DNA from: Thermodesulfobacteriota bacterium
GTDB taxonomy: Bacteria > Desulfobacterota_D > UBA1144 > Nemesobacterales > UBA2774
DNA: 64,000 nt
Direction: 5' to 3'
Assembly: GCA_965223335.1 (NCBI GenBank)
Contig: OZ244991.1
Location: forward strand, 1,248,001 to 1,312,000
In this document: piece after piece, positions 38,716 to 48,304 of the stretch
Layout of the letters: each line of letters opens with the position of its first letter
Position numbering within the stretch: the first letter of the stretch is position 1
Translations under genes and position numbers: made by a program
The notes under the pieces: generated by a model
The model's input: only the letters and a program-made list of their open reading frames with translations
Databases searched by the model: none
Told to the model about the DNA's origin: nothing

Positions 38716-39462
38716 ATGAAAATATTTCTATATATTTTCTCTCTGGCTATTTTTTTCACGTTATCTGCAGATTCATACGCACAGCTTAAAGCTCGCAGTT
38801 CTAGCCACTCGGGGCATAGTGCAAGCTATGGGAAGCATCATAGGACTAATAGCCACGGCAAAAGACATAGTGGAAGCCATCACCACAAACACGCAACTAA
38901 GCACAAATCCCACGGCAAACACCTCAACCCTCATCAAAAATTCCATAATAAATACTACCGTCCGCACCCCGACTCCCTGCCATTTACCGAGAGTAATAGT
39001 CTGGGAATGAAAGGCTATGGGATCACAAAACACAGAACAAAAAAGCACAACCATAAAAGACACCGCCATAAAAAGCACCACAACCCCCATTACTACGATT
39101 ACCAGTACGACCCCTATTACCCTGGTTACACTTACTACCCGAGTGACTATGGTGTTTACGGCTCGACCGTAATCATAGACGGCTATGACTCCGAGTATTA
39201 CGGCTATTACGGCAGGCCTAGCAACCTAGAGGTAAACGGTTATATAAAACCGGATTACGACCAAGAGCTCTACCTGGAACCCACTGAGGAATACTACTAC
39301 GAAGAGCCCATTTATGAGGAGGCTGTAGAGCCCGTGCAGGATGAGTCGTTATCGGATGTAATATACGTATGGACTGACGATGAGGGTGTGGAGCACTATA
39401 CAAATGACCCCGACCTTATACCGGAATACTACTCGGATACAGTACGAGTAGTAGGCCCTTAA
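38716..39462 (+). CDS. Secreted His/Lys-rich and Tyr-rich protein with C-terminal DUF4124-like motif
   Basis: Signal peptide from MKIFLYIF (38716); low-complexity blocks; IYVWTDDEGVEHYTNDP..IP. Confidence 0.65.
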   Translation: MKIFLYIFSLAIFFTLSADSYAQLKARSSSHSGHSASYGKHHRTNSHGKRHSGSHHHKHATKHKSHGKHLNPHQKFHNKYYRPHPDSLPFTESNSLGMKGYGITKHRTKKHNHKRHRHKKHHNPHYYDYQYDPYYPGYTYYPSDYGVYGSTVIIDGYDSEYYGYYGRPSNLEVNGYIKPDYDQELYLEPTEEYYYEEPIYEEAVEPVQDESLSDVIYVWTDDEGVEHYTNDPDLIPEYYSDTVRVVGP

Positions 39463-39643
39463 CTGAGGTGTTTCGCATTCAATACACGCAATTTTTTATC
39501 TAAAATAAGACTTACAACGCACAGAAAAATTCCACTTTAGATTAAAATAAAGCTTTGAGTTGAGTATGTTAGTAAACCCTTAAAATTATTACACGAGATT
39601 TTGTTGACAAGCCTAAGTTCTATTGTTAAACAATTAGGGTAGA

Positions 39644-40726
39644 ATGAGTCATACCGCTCTATTCTCAACACACAAAGAAGCCGGGGCTAAGATAATAAAT
39701 TTTGCAGGATGGGATATGCCGGTAGTATACGATTCTGTTAGAAAGGAGCATATTGCAGTAAGAACTAAGGCCGGTCTATTTGATGTAAGCCACATGGGAG
39801 AGGTTGAGATCGTGGGGCCCGGGGCTGCGGATTTCTGCCAGTGGATTACTACAAACAATATTGCCAGGATGCACGACCAACAGGCACAGTACACACTGAT
39901 CTGTAATAACCACGGCGGGGTGGTGGATGATGTCATAGTCTATAGGCTCTCGGACGAGCGTTTCTTAATATGTGTGAATGCCGCAAACACCGCTAAGGAC
40001 CTAGAGTGGATTCGTGGGGCAAAGGGTGGTTTCGATGTGGAGATAGTCGACAGGAGCCCGGAATACTCACAGCTCGCAATTCAGGGCCCAAACGCTATAG
40101 CAATAGTGGAAAGCACGCTCGATACCAGGCTAAACGATCTAAAGAGGTTCTATACGCTGAGTATGACCTGGGAGGGGATGGGGCTTATAATTGCCAGGAC
40201 AGGCTATACAGGGGAGGACGGCGTGGAGATATTCCTGCCCTGGGACCGAGCCCCCAAGCTATGGGAAGCGCTTATAGACAAGGGTGGGGCTTACGGTATC
40301 CAGCCTTGCGGCTTGGGTGCCAGAGACACACTTAGGATAGAGATGGGCTACCCGCTATACGGTCACGAGATTAGCGAACAGATTAACCCTTTTGAAGCAT
40401 CTTTGGGAAGGTACGTAAAAATGGATAAGGGGGAATTCTTGGGTAGCGAGGCGCTTTCACGTGTGGAACAAAACGGGGTCGAGAGAACACTGGTGGGATT
40501 CAAAATGGTCGATAAGGGGATTGCAAGAGAGGGCTATGAAATATATAGAGATAAAAACCTCGTGGGTAATGTGACAAGCGGTACGTTGTCGCCTAGCCTA
40601 AACGAGTCGATCGGCATGGGATTTATAAAGGATGAAACAAAAGAGAGTGAAAGCATAAGTATAATGATAAGGGGTACTGCCAGGGAAGCGAAGCTGGTAA
40701 CTATGCCATTTTATTATAAAAATTAA
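39644..40726 (+). CDS. gcvT: Glycine cleavage system T protein
   Basis: FAGWDMPV.Y, GLFDVSHMGE, RTGYTGEDG.E, GLGARDTLRIEMG. Confidence 0.96.
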   Translation: MSHTALFSTHKEAGAKIINFAGWDMPVVYDSVRKEHIAVRTKAGLFDVSHMGEVEIVGPGAADFCQWITTNNIARMHDQQAQYTLICNNHGGVVDDVIVYRLSDERFLICVNAANTAKDLEWIRGAKGGFDVEIVDRSPEYSQLAIQGPNAIAIVESTLDTRLNDLKRFYTLSMTWEGMGLIIARTGYTGEDGVEIFLPWDRAPKLWEALIDKGGAYGIQPCGLGARDTLRIEMGYPLYGHEISEQINPFEASLGRYVKMDKGEFLGSEALSRVEQNGVERTLVGFKMVDKGIAREGYEIYRDKNLVGNVTSGTLSPSLNESIGMGFIKDETKESESISIMIRGTAREAKLVTMPFYYKN

Positions 40727-40736
40727 GGAGAATGTC

Positions 40737-41132
40737 ATGGTTCAAATTCAAGACGAACTGTTATATACCACAGACCACGAATGGGCAAAGGAAGAAGGGG
40801 AACTACTGGTGATCGGGATTACCGACTACGCGCAGGATGCTCTTGGCGAGATCGTGTACATAGAGCTGCCCAGTGAGGGAGATGAGATTACCAAAGGGGA
40901 CGCTTTTGGCGCAGTCGAGTCTACCAAAGCAGTGTCGGATCTCTACGCTCCATTAAGCGGTGAGGTTATGGAGGTAAACGAATCGCTGTTAGACTCGCCC
41001 GAACTAATAAATGAAGACCCGTATATAGACGGTTGGATGATAAAGGTCAAGCCCTATGAGCCGGACGATGTTAAAGAGCTTATGAATAACGAAGAGTATA
41101 CGGATTTTATAGAGAACGAGATGCAGGAATAA
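40737..41132 (+). CDS. gcvH: Glycine cleavage system H protein
   Basis: HEW, GITDYAQ..LG, lipoyl motif VESTKAVSDLYAP, NEDPY. Confidence 0.96.
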   Translation: MVQIQDELLYTTDHEWAKEEGELLVIGITDYAQDALGEIVYIELPSEGDEITKGDAFGAVESTKAVSDLYAPLSGEVMEVNESLLDSPELINEDPYIDGWMIKVKPYEPDDVKELMNNEEYTDFIENEMQE

Positions 41133-41229
41133 ATCTTTAAAAACTATGTTCTGTGTCATTTAGTTACGGCAATTAAACAAATGAGTTTTAGAATTGAGTA
41201 TTAGCAGTGTGTTGGCCAAGTACTAACCC

Positions 41230-44115
41230 ATGGGCGATAATTCAACATTTATAGAGAGACATATTGGGCCTGATCCGAGCGAGTTGGAGGATATGCTAGG
41301 GGTGTTGGGTGTAGCCTCGCTCGATGCACTAATAGAAGAGACCATACCCCCAGCAATCTGTACAACTGATAAACTCAACCTACCTGACTCACTCGAGGAG
41401 CACGTGTTTTTAGCCAACCTCCGCAAGATAGCTGAGAAAAATAAGGTCTTTAAATCCTACATTGGCCTCGGATACTACGGCACGATCACCCCCGGAGTGA
41501 TACAGCGCAATATTCTCGAGAACCCTGGTTGGTACACTCAATACACCCCTTATCAAGCTGAGATATCGCAGGGGCGATTGGAGGCGCTGCTAAACTTCCA
41601 GACCATGGTGAGCGACTTGACAGGGATGGAAATAGCAAATGCATCGCTGCTAGACGAATCCACGGCTGCGGCAGAGGCTATGACGATGCTTGCCAGGGTT
41701 AGCAAAAAAGGATCTAAGAAAAAACTGCCCAACACTTTTTTGGTTTCCGATAAATGCTTTCCGCAGACTATAGATGTTTTGAAATCACGCGCAGAGCCGC
41801 TGGGTATTAAGCTTGTAATCACAGACACCGAGGATTTTGAATTCACAGACGACGTTTTTGGATTATTAGTGCAGTACCCCGATGCCGAGGGGGTCATTAG
41901 CGATTATACGGACCTTGTTGCAGAGGCCCACCAAAACGGTGTGCTTGTAGCGGTTGCTGCGGATTTGTTGAGCCTAGCTTTGATTAAACCCCCGGGGGAG
42001 ATGGGGGCTGATCTGGTAGTGGGCTCGACGCAGAGGTTTGGTGTGCCAATGGGCTATGGGGGCCCGCACGCCGCCTATTTTGCAACCCGAGAGGAGTTCG
42101 TACGACAGGTGCCGGGACGGATCATAGGTGTGTCGGTTGATGCCGAAAGTAACCCGGCTTATAGAATGGCGCTTCAGACCAGGGAGCAGCACATCAGGCG
42201 AGAAAAGGCGACCTCGAACATATGCACAGCACAAGCACTGCTTGCGATCATGGCAGGGATGTACGCTGTGTATCACGGCCCTGAGGGGCTAAAAAAAATA
42301 GCACAAAATATTCACCGCCTTGCACTTGGGCTTGAACAACAACTGGTCGACCTTGGATACACCCAGTTAAACCATATGTTTTTCGACACTATAACGATTG
42401 ATCTGGGCGAGAATAACAGCACCTATCTGCGTATAAAAGAGATCGCAAATAACCAAGGTGTCAATTTTAGATATTGGGATAATCGTTTTATAAGTATCTC
42501 AGTGGATGAGACAACAAGCGACTACGATGTGGGCCGGATAGTCGATATATTGGGGATGGCCAAAAGCGAGAACAATATTGCAACTGTTATAGAGCTTAAA
42601 CCCAGGGCTCATGATGCTCACGGTTATAACGGCTTGGAACGCACCACTGAGTATCTCACACACCCAGTGTTTAACAAAAACAAGTCCGAGACCAACATGC
42701 TTAGGTATATAAAGCGGCTCGAGTCCCGCGACCTCTCGCTTACCACCTCTATGATACCGCTTGGGTCCTGTACAATGAAGCTCAATTCCACTACTGAGAT
42801 GATCCCAGTGACATGGGGTGAGTTTTCAAATATCCACCCTTATGTGCCTGTGGAGCAGGCCGCCGGGTACATGCAGGTTTTTAAGGAGCTAGAGGGTTAC
42901 CTGGCCGAGATCACAGGTCTCGGTGCGGTCTCGCTACAGCCGAACTCGGGTGCACAGGGCGAGTATGCAGGGCTTATGGTAATAAGGGCCTTTCATCACG
43001 ATAATGGAGATTACCTAAGGAATATAGTGCTCATACCCTCATCGGCCCATGGCACTAACCCCGCCAGTGCTGCTATGGCAGGAATGAAAGTGGTGGTGGT
43101 GAAGTGTGACGCCGAGGGCAACATAGAGCTCGAGGACCTTAGATCTAAAGCCGAGAAGTACAGCGATACACTAGCTGCGTTTATGATAACCTACCCCTCC
43201 ACACACGGTGTGTTCGAAGAGAATATTAAGGATATTTGCTCTATCGTGCACGAACACGGGGGCCAGGTATATATGGACGGGGCCAACATGAATGCGCAGG
43301 TGGGGCTTACGACACCTGCCATCATCGGCGCTGACGTGTGCCATCTCAATCTGCACAAGACCTTTAGCATCCCGCACGGGGGCGGGGGCCCGGGCATGGG
43401 ACCCATATGCGTTGCCAAACACCTGGAGCCTTACCTCCCGGGGCACTCTATCGTGCCGCTTGGGGGCAAAAAATCTATCGCGGCTGTGGGCGGAGCCCCA
43501 TGGGGGAGTGCCAGTATACTGCTTATATCCTATGCGTATATAAGGCTATTGGGAGCAAAGGGTGTTACGGACGCAACCCGTTATGCAATCTTAAATGCGA
43601 ACTACTTGAAATCAAGGCTCGAGCCCCATTACAACGTTTTATTCACCGGGACGAACGGCAGGGTGGCTCATGAGTTTATACTAGATCTGAGGGATTTTAA
43701 GCGTGAGGCTCGAGTCGAGGTCGAGGATGTGGCCAAGAGGCTTATGGACTATGGCTTCCACGCACCTACGGTCTCGTGGCCTGTCCCTGGTACTATGATG
43801 ATCGAGCCTACAGAAAGCGAATCAAAAGAAGAACTGGACAGGTTTTGCGAGGCCTTAATATCAATCAAAAAAGAGGTGGATGGGATTGCGGACGGTACTG
43901 CCGATATTGAGGACAATGTGTTGAAAAATGCACCTCATACGGCACAGATGATAGCCTCTGACACCTGGACGCACCCCTACACACGCTCACAGGCTGTGTA
44001 CCCACTCGGCTATCTGCTGGATAATAAGTTCTGGCCGCCTGTGGGCAGGATCAATAATCCATATGGGGATAAAAACCTGGTCTGTTCATGCCCCCCGATT
44101 GATACCTATGAGTAG
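41230..44115 (+). CDS. gcvP: Glycine dehydrogenase (decarboxylating), single-chain P protein
   Basis: [59 protein letters not shown]. Confidence 0.97.
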   Translation: MGDNSTFIERHIGPDPSELEDMLGVLGVASLDALIEETIPPAICTTDKLNLPDSLEEHVFLANLRKIAEKNKVFKSYIGLGYYGTITPGVIQRNILENPGWYTQYTPYQAEISQGRLEALLNFQTMVSDLTGMEIANASLLDESTAAAEAMTMLARVSKKGSKKKLPNTFLVSDKCFPQTIDVLKSRAEPLGIKLVITDTEDFEFTDDVFGLLVQYPDAEGVISDYTDLVAEAHQNGVLVAVAADLLSLALIKPPGEMGADLVVGSTQRFGVPMGYGGPHAAYFATREEFVRQVPGRIIGVSVDAESNPAYRMALQTREQHIRREKATSNICTAQALLAIMAGMYAVYHGPEGLKKIAQNIHRLALGLEQQLVDLGYTQLNHMFFDTITIDLGENNSTYLRIKEIANNQGVNFRYWDNRFISISVDETTSDYDVGRIVDILGMAKSENNIATVIELKPRAHDAHGYNGLERTTEYLTHPVFNKNKSETNMLRYIKRLESRDLSLTTSMIPLGSCTMKLNSTTEMIPVTWGEFSNIHPYVPVEQAAGYMQVFKELEGYLAEITGLGAVSLQPNSGAQGEYAGLMVIRAFHHDNGDYLRNIVLIPSSAHGTNPASAAMAGMKVVVVKCDAEGNIELEDLRSKAEKYSDTLAAFMITYPSTHGVFEENIKDICSIVHEHGGQVYMDGANMNAQVGLTTPAIIGADVCHLNLHKTFSIPHGGGGPGMGPICVAKHLEPYLPGHSIVPLGGKKSIAAVGGAPWGSASILLISYAYIRLLGAKGVTDATRYAILNANYLKSRLEPHYNVLFTGTNGRVAHEFILDLRDFKREARVEVEDVAKRLMDYGFHAPTVSWPVPGTMMIEPTESESKEELDRFCEALISIKKEVDGIADGTADIEDNVLKNAPHTAQMIASDTWTHPYTRSQAVYPLGYLLDNKFWPPVGRINNPYGDKNLVCSCPPIDTYE

Positions 44116-44145
44116 ATTCCTATAGCCGATTTTATAATTGTACGG

Positions 44146-45027
44146 TTATTCCTTTAGAGCGTTGTCCACATCGATGAACGGTACTGCACCACCGCCGGTA
44201 AATTTCGGCAGTGTGCCGTCCCATTTCTCGGCCAGGCGAAGTTGGATGAGCTGAGGGTTGTCCTTAAGCGCTTTTGCCTCACGTGCAATAGCATCGGCGC
44301 GTGCCTTGGACGCAACCTCTATCTCGTAGGCTTCCGCGTCTGCAGCAAGCTGTTTCTCGGCGGCTGCAGCCTCGGCCTGGGTGACACGTTTAACCTTCTC
44401 GTTTCTGGCCTGGAGTGCTTCCTGCTCGGCTTTAACCTTCATTTCAATGGCTCTGTTGAACTCGTCTGAGAACTCGAAGTCAGTTATGGCAACGTTGGCT
44501 ATTTTAAGCGCATTGGGAACGTTTTTTTCCTTAAGTGTCACTGTAATAAAGTTCACAATGGCTTCTTGGATCTGGAGTTTTACCTCGGCTCGTTTGGTTA
44601 CGAGCTGCTCAGCCGTGTATTGAGCTGTGACGGCTTTAACAGATTCCTGTATAGCGGGTTGCACCACTGTGGCGGCTACCGTGTCCCTCTGGCCTATCTT
44701 TTGGTAGGTCATCGGTGCGACATCACCGGTGATAGAGTACTGTACGGTTACCTGGGTTTGTACGGTCTGGAGGTCTTTAGAGGCGGCGGCGGACTTGGCA
44801 TTGGCCTTTGTGAGTCGTATATCCATCTGCTCGATTTTGTCCATAAACGGTTTTTTAAGGTGAAATCCCTCGGGCAGGGCTTGGGGCTGGACCGCTCCGA
44901 GTGTCCGTATTACACCTACATGACCGCTGTCCACTATCACAAATGCGCTAATAAAGAAGACGATGATTAGTATGATGATAATGGGATATAAAAAATTTAG
45001 CTTCTCAAGGTTGGGTTTAAAGCTCAT
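44146..45027 (-). CDS. Prohibitin/SPFH-domain membrane protein
   Basis: N-terminal TM; AASKDLQ, FSDEFNRAIE.K, coiled coil, EKWDG.LP. Confidence 0.9.
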   Translation of the reverse strand: MSFKPNLEKLNFLYPIIIILIIVFFISAFVIVDSGHVGVIRTLGAVQPQALPEGFHLKKPFMDKIEQMDIRLTKANAKSAAASKDLQTVQTQVTVQYSITGDVAPMTYQKIGQRDTVAATVVQPAIQESVKAVTAQYTAEQLVTKRAEVKLQIQEAIVNFITVTLKEKNVPNALKIANVAITDFEFSDEFNRAIEMKVKAEQEALQARNEKVKRVTQAEAAAAEKQLAADAEAYEIEVASKARADAIAREAKALKDNPQLIQLRLAEKWDGTLPKFTGGGAVPFIDVDNALKE

Positions 45028-45066
45028 TATACTACCTCCTGTGATTTATACCTGGTTGTCCTAATA

Positions 45067-46776
45067 TTATGAAGTATGATCGTGGCAATCCAAATCCACA
45101 ATCCTGAGCTGGATGCTTGTTGTGCCGTTCCAAACGTTTAGTTCGGGAATAAATACTATATCTGCTCTGTCAGTGATCTCCACAGGCTTTTTGATATTGA
45201 ACCAGATGGCGTCATAGACACGGTCCTGGGCCTTTAGTTTTAAACCGATATGTTTATCCTTGTAGAGCTTGTGTGAAACAACCTCTATATCCCGGGCCAT
45301 AAACACTGGTTCGGGGTTGCCGACGCCAAACGGTCCCAGCATTGAGAGCTCCTCAATAAAATCATGACTTATATCATTGAGTTCGATCAATTTATCTATA
45401 GCTATCTCGGGCACATAGGTATATTTAGTGTCGGTCATCACTTTGTTAAGCATGGCTCTGAGTGAGTCTATTTTGCTCTCTTCTATCGAGATCCCTGCAG
45501 CGAGTTCATGCCCACCGAACTCAATAAAAAGCTCTTTACACTCTAAAAGGGCAGCATATATGTTAATGTTGCCTGCCGACCTGGCAGAGCCCTTGCCTAC
45601 GCCGTTTGCATCGATTGAAATGAGCATAGCGGGTTTGCCGAACCTCTCCACAACCCTAGACGCTACTATGCCTATTACCCCCGGGTGCCAGTCCCGGGAT
45701 GCCGCTACAATAAACGGCGATTCTAATATCTCGTCTGTGCTCTCTATAATCTCGATTGCGTCGTTTAGTATGGACTTTTCTATAGTCTGTCTTGTCGAGT
45801 TCTCTTTATTTAGTGTGGTTGCGAGCTCTCGTGCGCGCTCGGGGTTTCGGGATATAAATAGCTCCACAGCGTTTTTGGCGCTGCTTAGCCTTCCCGAAGC
45901 GTTTATTCGGGGGCCGAGTTTGAATCCCAGGTCGAATGTGTCTACATCGCCGTTTACACTGCTTATCTCTTTAAGTGCTCTTAGACCGGGGTGTTTTGTG
46001 GCGGAGGCCCTTTTTAGCCCCTCTTTAACAAAAATACGGTTTACGTTTACAAGCGGAGCACAGTCTGCTACGGTGCCCAGTGCTACCAGGTCCAGGTAAT
46101 CGCCCAGGTTGGGCTCGTTGTCAGTGAAATACCCGGCGTCTCTTAACTTTCTTCTAAGCGCTATTGCGAGGTTGAATATCACACCTACCCCTGCAATCTC
46201 TTTACCCGGGTACTTACAGTCAGCTTGCTGGGGGTTTAGTATGGATACGGCGTCTGGCAGAGTATCGGGGGGTTTGTGGTGATCGGTGACAATAAAATCT
46301 ATGCCCATCTCCGTGGCTTTTTTGACCTGCTCAACAGCCGTGATGCCGCAGTCGCCCGAGATAACCAACGTTACTCCCAGATCCGATAGCTTGGAGACGG
46401 CCTGATCGTTAACTCCGTAGCCTTCTTTTAGCCTGTCGGGATTGTAGAACGAAACATTTGCACCCAGGCTCTTTAAAAAATTGTGAAATAACGCAGTTGC
46501 GGTTACACCGTCTACATCGTAGTCGCCGTATATAGCAATATGTTCTTTTTGGTTAATTGCGTGGATCACCCGCTCCACAGCAGCGTCCATACCCTTCATA
46601 AGAAAGGGTGAAGGCAGGTCAAACAGATTGCAGTTTAGAAATAGTTCGGCCTCGCGGTCGGTCTCGATCCCGCGGTTGATCAGAACTTGGGCTGTGTTCT
46701 CGGATATAGACAAATCCTCGGACAATTTCGAGGCAAGCTTAGTGTTCTCTTTATTGATAGTCCAAGTGTTTTTCAT
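45067..46776 (-). CDS. recJ: Single-stranded-DNA exonuclease RecJ
   Basis: YGDYDVDG, DCG, TDHH, ALGTVAD, PRINASGR, GSARS, GGH, PFGVGNPEP. Confidence 0.96.
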   Translation of the reverse strand: MKNTWTINKENTKLASKLSEDLSISENTAQVLINRGIETDREAELFLNCNLFDLPSPFLMKGMDAAVERVIHAINQKEHIAIYGDYDVDGVTATALFHNFLKSLGANVSFYNPDRLKEGYGVNDQAVSKLSDLGVTLVISGDCGITAVEQVKKATEMGIDFIVTDHHKPPDTLPDAVSILNPQQADCKYPGKEIAGVGVIFNLAIALRRKLRDAGYFTDNEPNLGDYLDLVALGTVADCAPLVNVNRIFVKEGLKRASATKHPGLRALKEISSVNGDVDTFDLGFKLGPRINASGRLSSAKNAVELFISRNPERARELATTLNKENSTRQTIEKSILNDAIEIIESTDEILESPFIVAASRDWHPGVIGIVASRVVERFGKPAMLISIDANGVGKGSARSAGNINIYAALLECKELFIEFGGHELAAGISIEESKIDSLRAMLNKVMTDTKYTYVPEIAIDKLIELNDISHDFIEELSMLGPFGVGNPEPVFMARDIEVVSHKLYKDKHIGLKLKAQDRVYDAIWFNIKKPVEITDRADIVFIPELNVWNGTTSIQLRIVDLDCHDHTS

Positions 46777-46854
46777 CAGTATAGCGGTCTGTCTCTCGGG
46801 GTTTCACTTACACAATAATGATAGCTAACTCTAAGCGGATGATAAGTAATAAAA

Positions 46855-47289
46855 TTACTGTTTAATAGAGTCAACAAGGCCCTTTAGGCCGAGCACATAG
46901 CCATTTGTGCCTAGCCCGGATACAACACCCAGGGCTACACCCGACACATAGGAGTGTTGCCTGAACTCCTCGCGTTTATATATGTTGGAGATGTGTACCT
47001 CAACCACAGGGAGCCCGGAACTGAGTATCGCATCCCTTATCGCAACGCTAGTGTGAGTGTAAGCGGCGGGGTTGATTAAGATGCCGTCTGTTGTGTCTGA
47101 GGACTCTTGGATTTTGGTTACTATCTCGCCTTCGGAATTGGACTGGAGGAAATCTACTTCTACACCTAGATTCGTAGCCTCGTCCTTTATCCTCGAGTTT
47201 ATATCCTCTAGGTTCGTAGCCCCGTAAATCTCGGGCTCTCTCTTGCCCAGCATATTTAGATTGGGTCCGTGTATGACCAGTATTTTCAT
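46855..47289 (-). CDS. aroQ: Type II 3-dehydroquinate dehydratase
   Basis: [37 protein letters not shown]. Confidence 0.97.
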   Translation of the reverse strand: MKILVIHGPNLNMLGKREPEIYGATNLEDINSRIKDEATNLGVEVDFLQSNSEGEIVTKIQESSDTTDGILINPAAYTHTSVAIRDAILSSGLPVVEVHISNIYKREEFRQHSYVSGVALGVVSGLGTNGYVLGLKGLVDSIKQ

Positions 47290-47295
47290 GATCGT

Positions 47296-47997
47296 CTACT
47301 CTCCTGGGTCGGGTACTGACTCGGAACTCGAATAGCCGGGCCTTAAATCATTGAGCTTTCTAATGATCCGCCTGTTATCGGGTTCTTTGATTAATAGCTT
47401 TTCCAATATTGTTATGGCCTGTTCAATCTGACCCTGCCTTATGCACAGGTCGGCCATTGTCTCGGTCTCTATCTCTTTTTCTTCTGCTTTGCCGGTTGGT
47501 GCAACAAATGGATTATCTGCAGATGTGTACACTGCACCTGTGTCCTCACTGCTCTGGTCTACGCTTGACATCATATTGGCTTTTTCCCAAAACTCTGTCA
47601 ACTCGGTATCATCGGGGTGATGTTGCTGTGCTTTTTCTAAAACGGCTTTTACCTTGTCGATATCGGATTCACTGAAATAGATATCAATTAGAATTTTGCT
47701 GGCTCCGATGTTGTCGGGTGCGAGTTCTATGACTTGTTCAAGCTCTTTTTTGGCCGGATCGATAAGCCAGCGTTCATAGTATAGTTTGCCGAGCAAAAAC
47801 CTGCCTGTAATGTTTTGATTGTTGTGTCTAAGCCCTGTTTGGAGTACCTGCATAGCTTCGTCTTCAAGACCCCTTTTTATGAGGAGTTGAGCTAGGAATA
47901 TAAATGCGACGGATGCGGGGTCCTCGGCAATGATTTTTTCATACTTCTCCTGAAGCTTAAAAAGTTTGTCCTCTGCTTCGCGGCTAGGCTGAGTCAT
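47296..47997 (-). CDS. Tetratricopeptide repeat protein
   Basis: TPR-like helical repeats (DP.S.AF..LA, LAPDN); C-terminal TETMADL...QG....A...LEKLL..EPDN. Confidence 0.75.
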   Translation of the reverse strand: MTQPSREAEDKLFKLQEKYEKIIAEDPASVAFIFLAQLLIKRGLEDEAMQVLQTGLRHNNQNITGRFLLGKLYYERWLIDPAKKELEQVIELAPDNIGASKILIDIYFSESDIDKVKAVLEKAQQHHPDDTELTEFWEKANMMSSVDQSSEDTGAVYTSADNPFVAPTGKAEEKEIETETMADLCIRQGQIEQAITILEKLLIKEPDNRRIIRKLNDLRPGYSSSESVPDPGE

Positions 47998-48147
47998 GGT
48001 TTGCGGATTAGAAACATGCTCATCAGGCTGTGTGATTATGCACTATTTTACTACTAACCATTGCAATATAACACATTAGGGAATTGATTATAAGCGCCGT
48101 TTCAATTTTTCTAAATAAGTATAAGGGGATGTAAGTCTGTTTCTAAA

Positions 48148-48162
48148 TGGCACTGTTTTTGC
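48148..48162 (+). promoter_or_regulatory. Candidate sigma-54 (-24/-12) promoter for the GH5 gene
   Basis: TGGCAC-TGTTT-TTGC matches TGGCAC-N5-TTGC with correct spacing and orientation. Confidence 0.55.
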
Positions 48163-48304
48163 CGAATCGGTTTTTATCAGGCTCGCAGCGCTTGGCACAA
48201 ATCAAGAACAAATGAATTTTATAAATAAAAAATATCCACCGCAGAAAATTGACCACAGCTATACTGTTTGTTTCCTAATTTTGCATCTCATAGGAGGTTT
48301 GCAT

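Noticed and set aside
39463..39643. Possible glycine riboswitch upstream of gcvT
   Set aside because: Region is AT-rich and lacks the GGAGA...CCGAAG...CTCTCAGG core.
41201..41226. CIRCE-like TTAGCAGTG...AAGTACTAA before gcvP
   Set aside because: Spacer is 8 nt rather than 9, there are several mismatches, and gcvP is not a chaperone gene. No CIRCE was seen before dnaJ either.
45428..46099. 223-aa plus-strand ORF
   Set aside because: Ser-rich antisense shadow of recJ. The same applies to the other short nested ORFs in the track.
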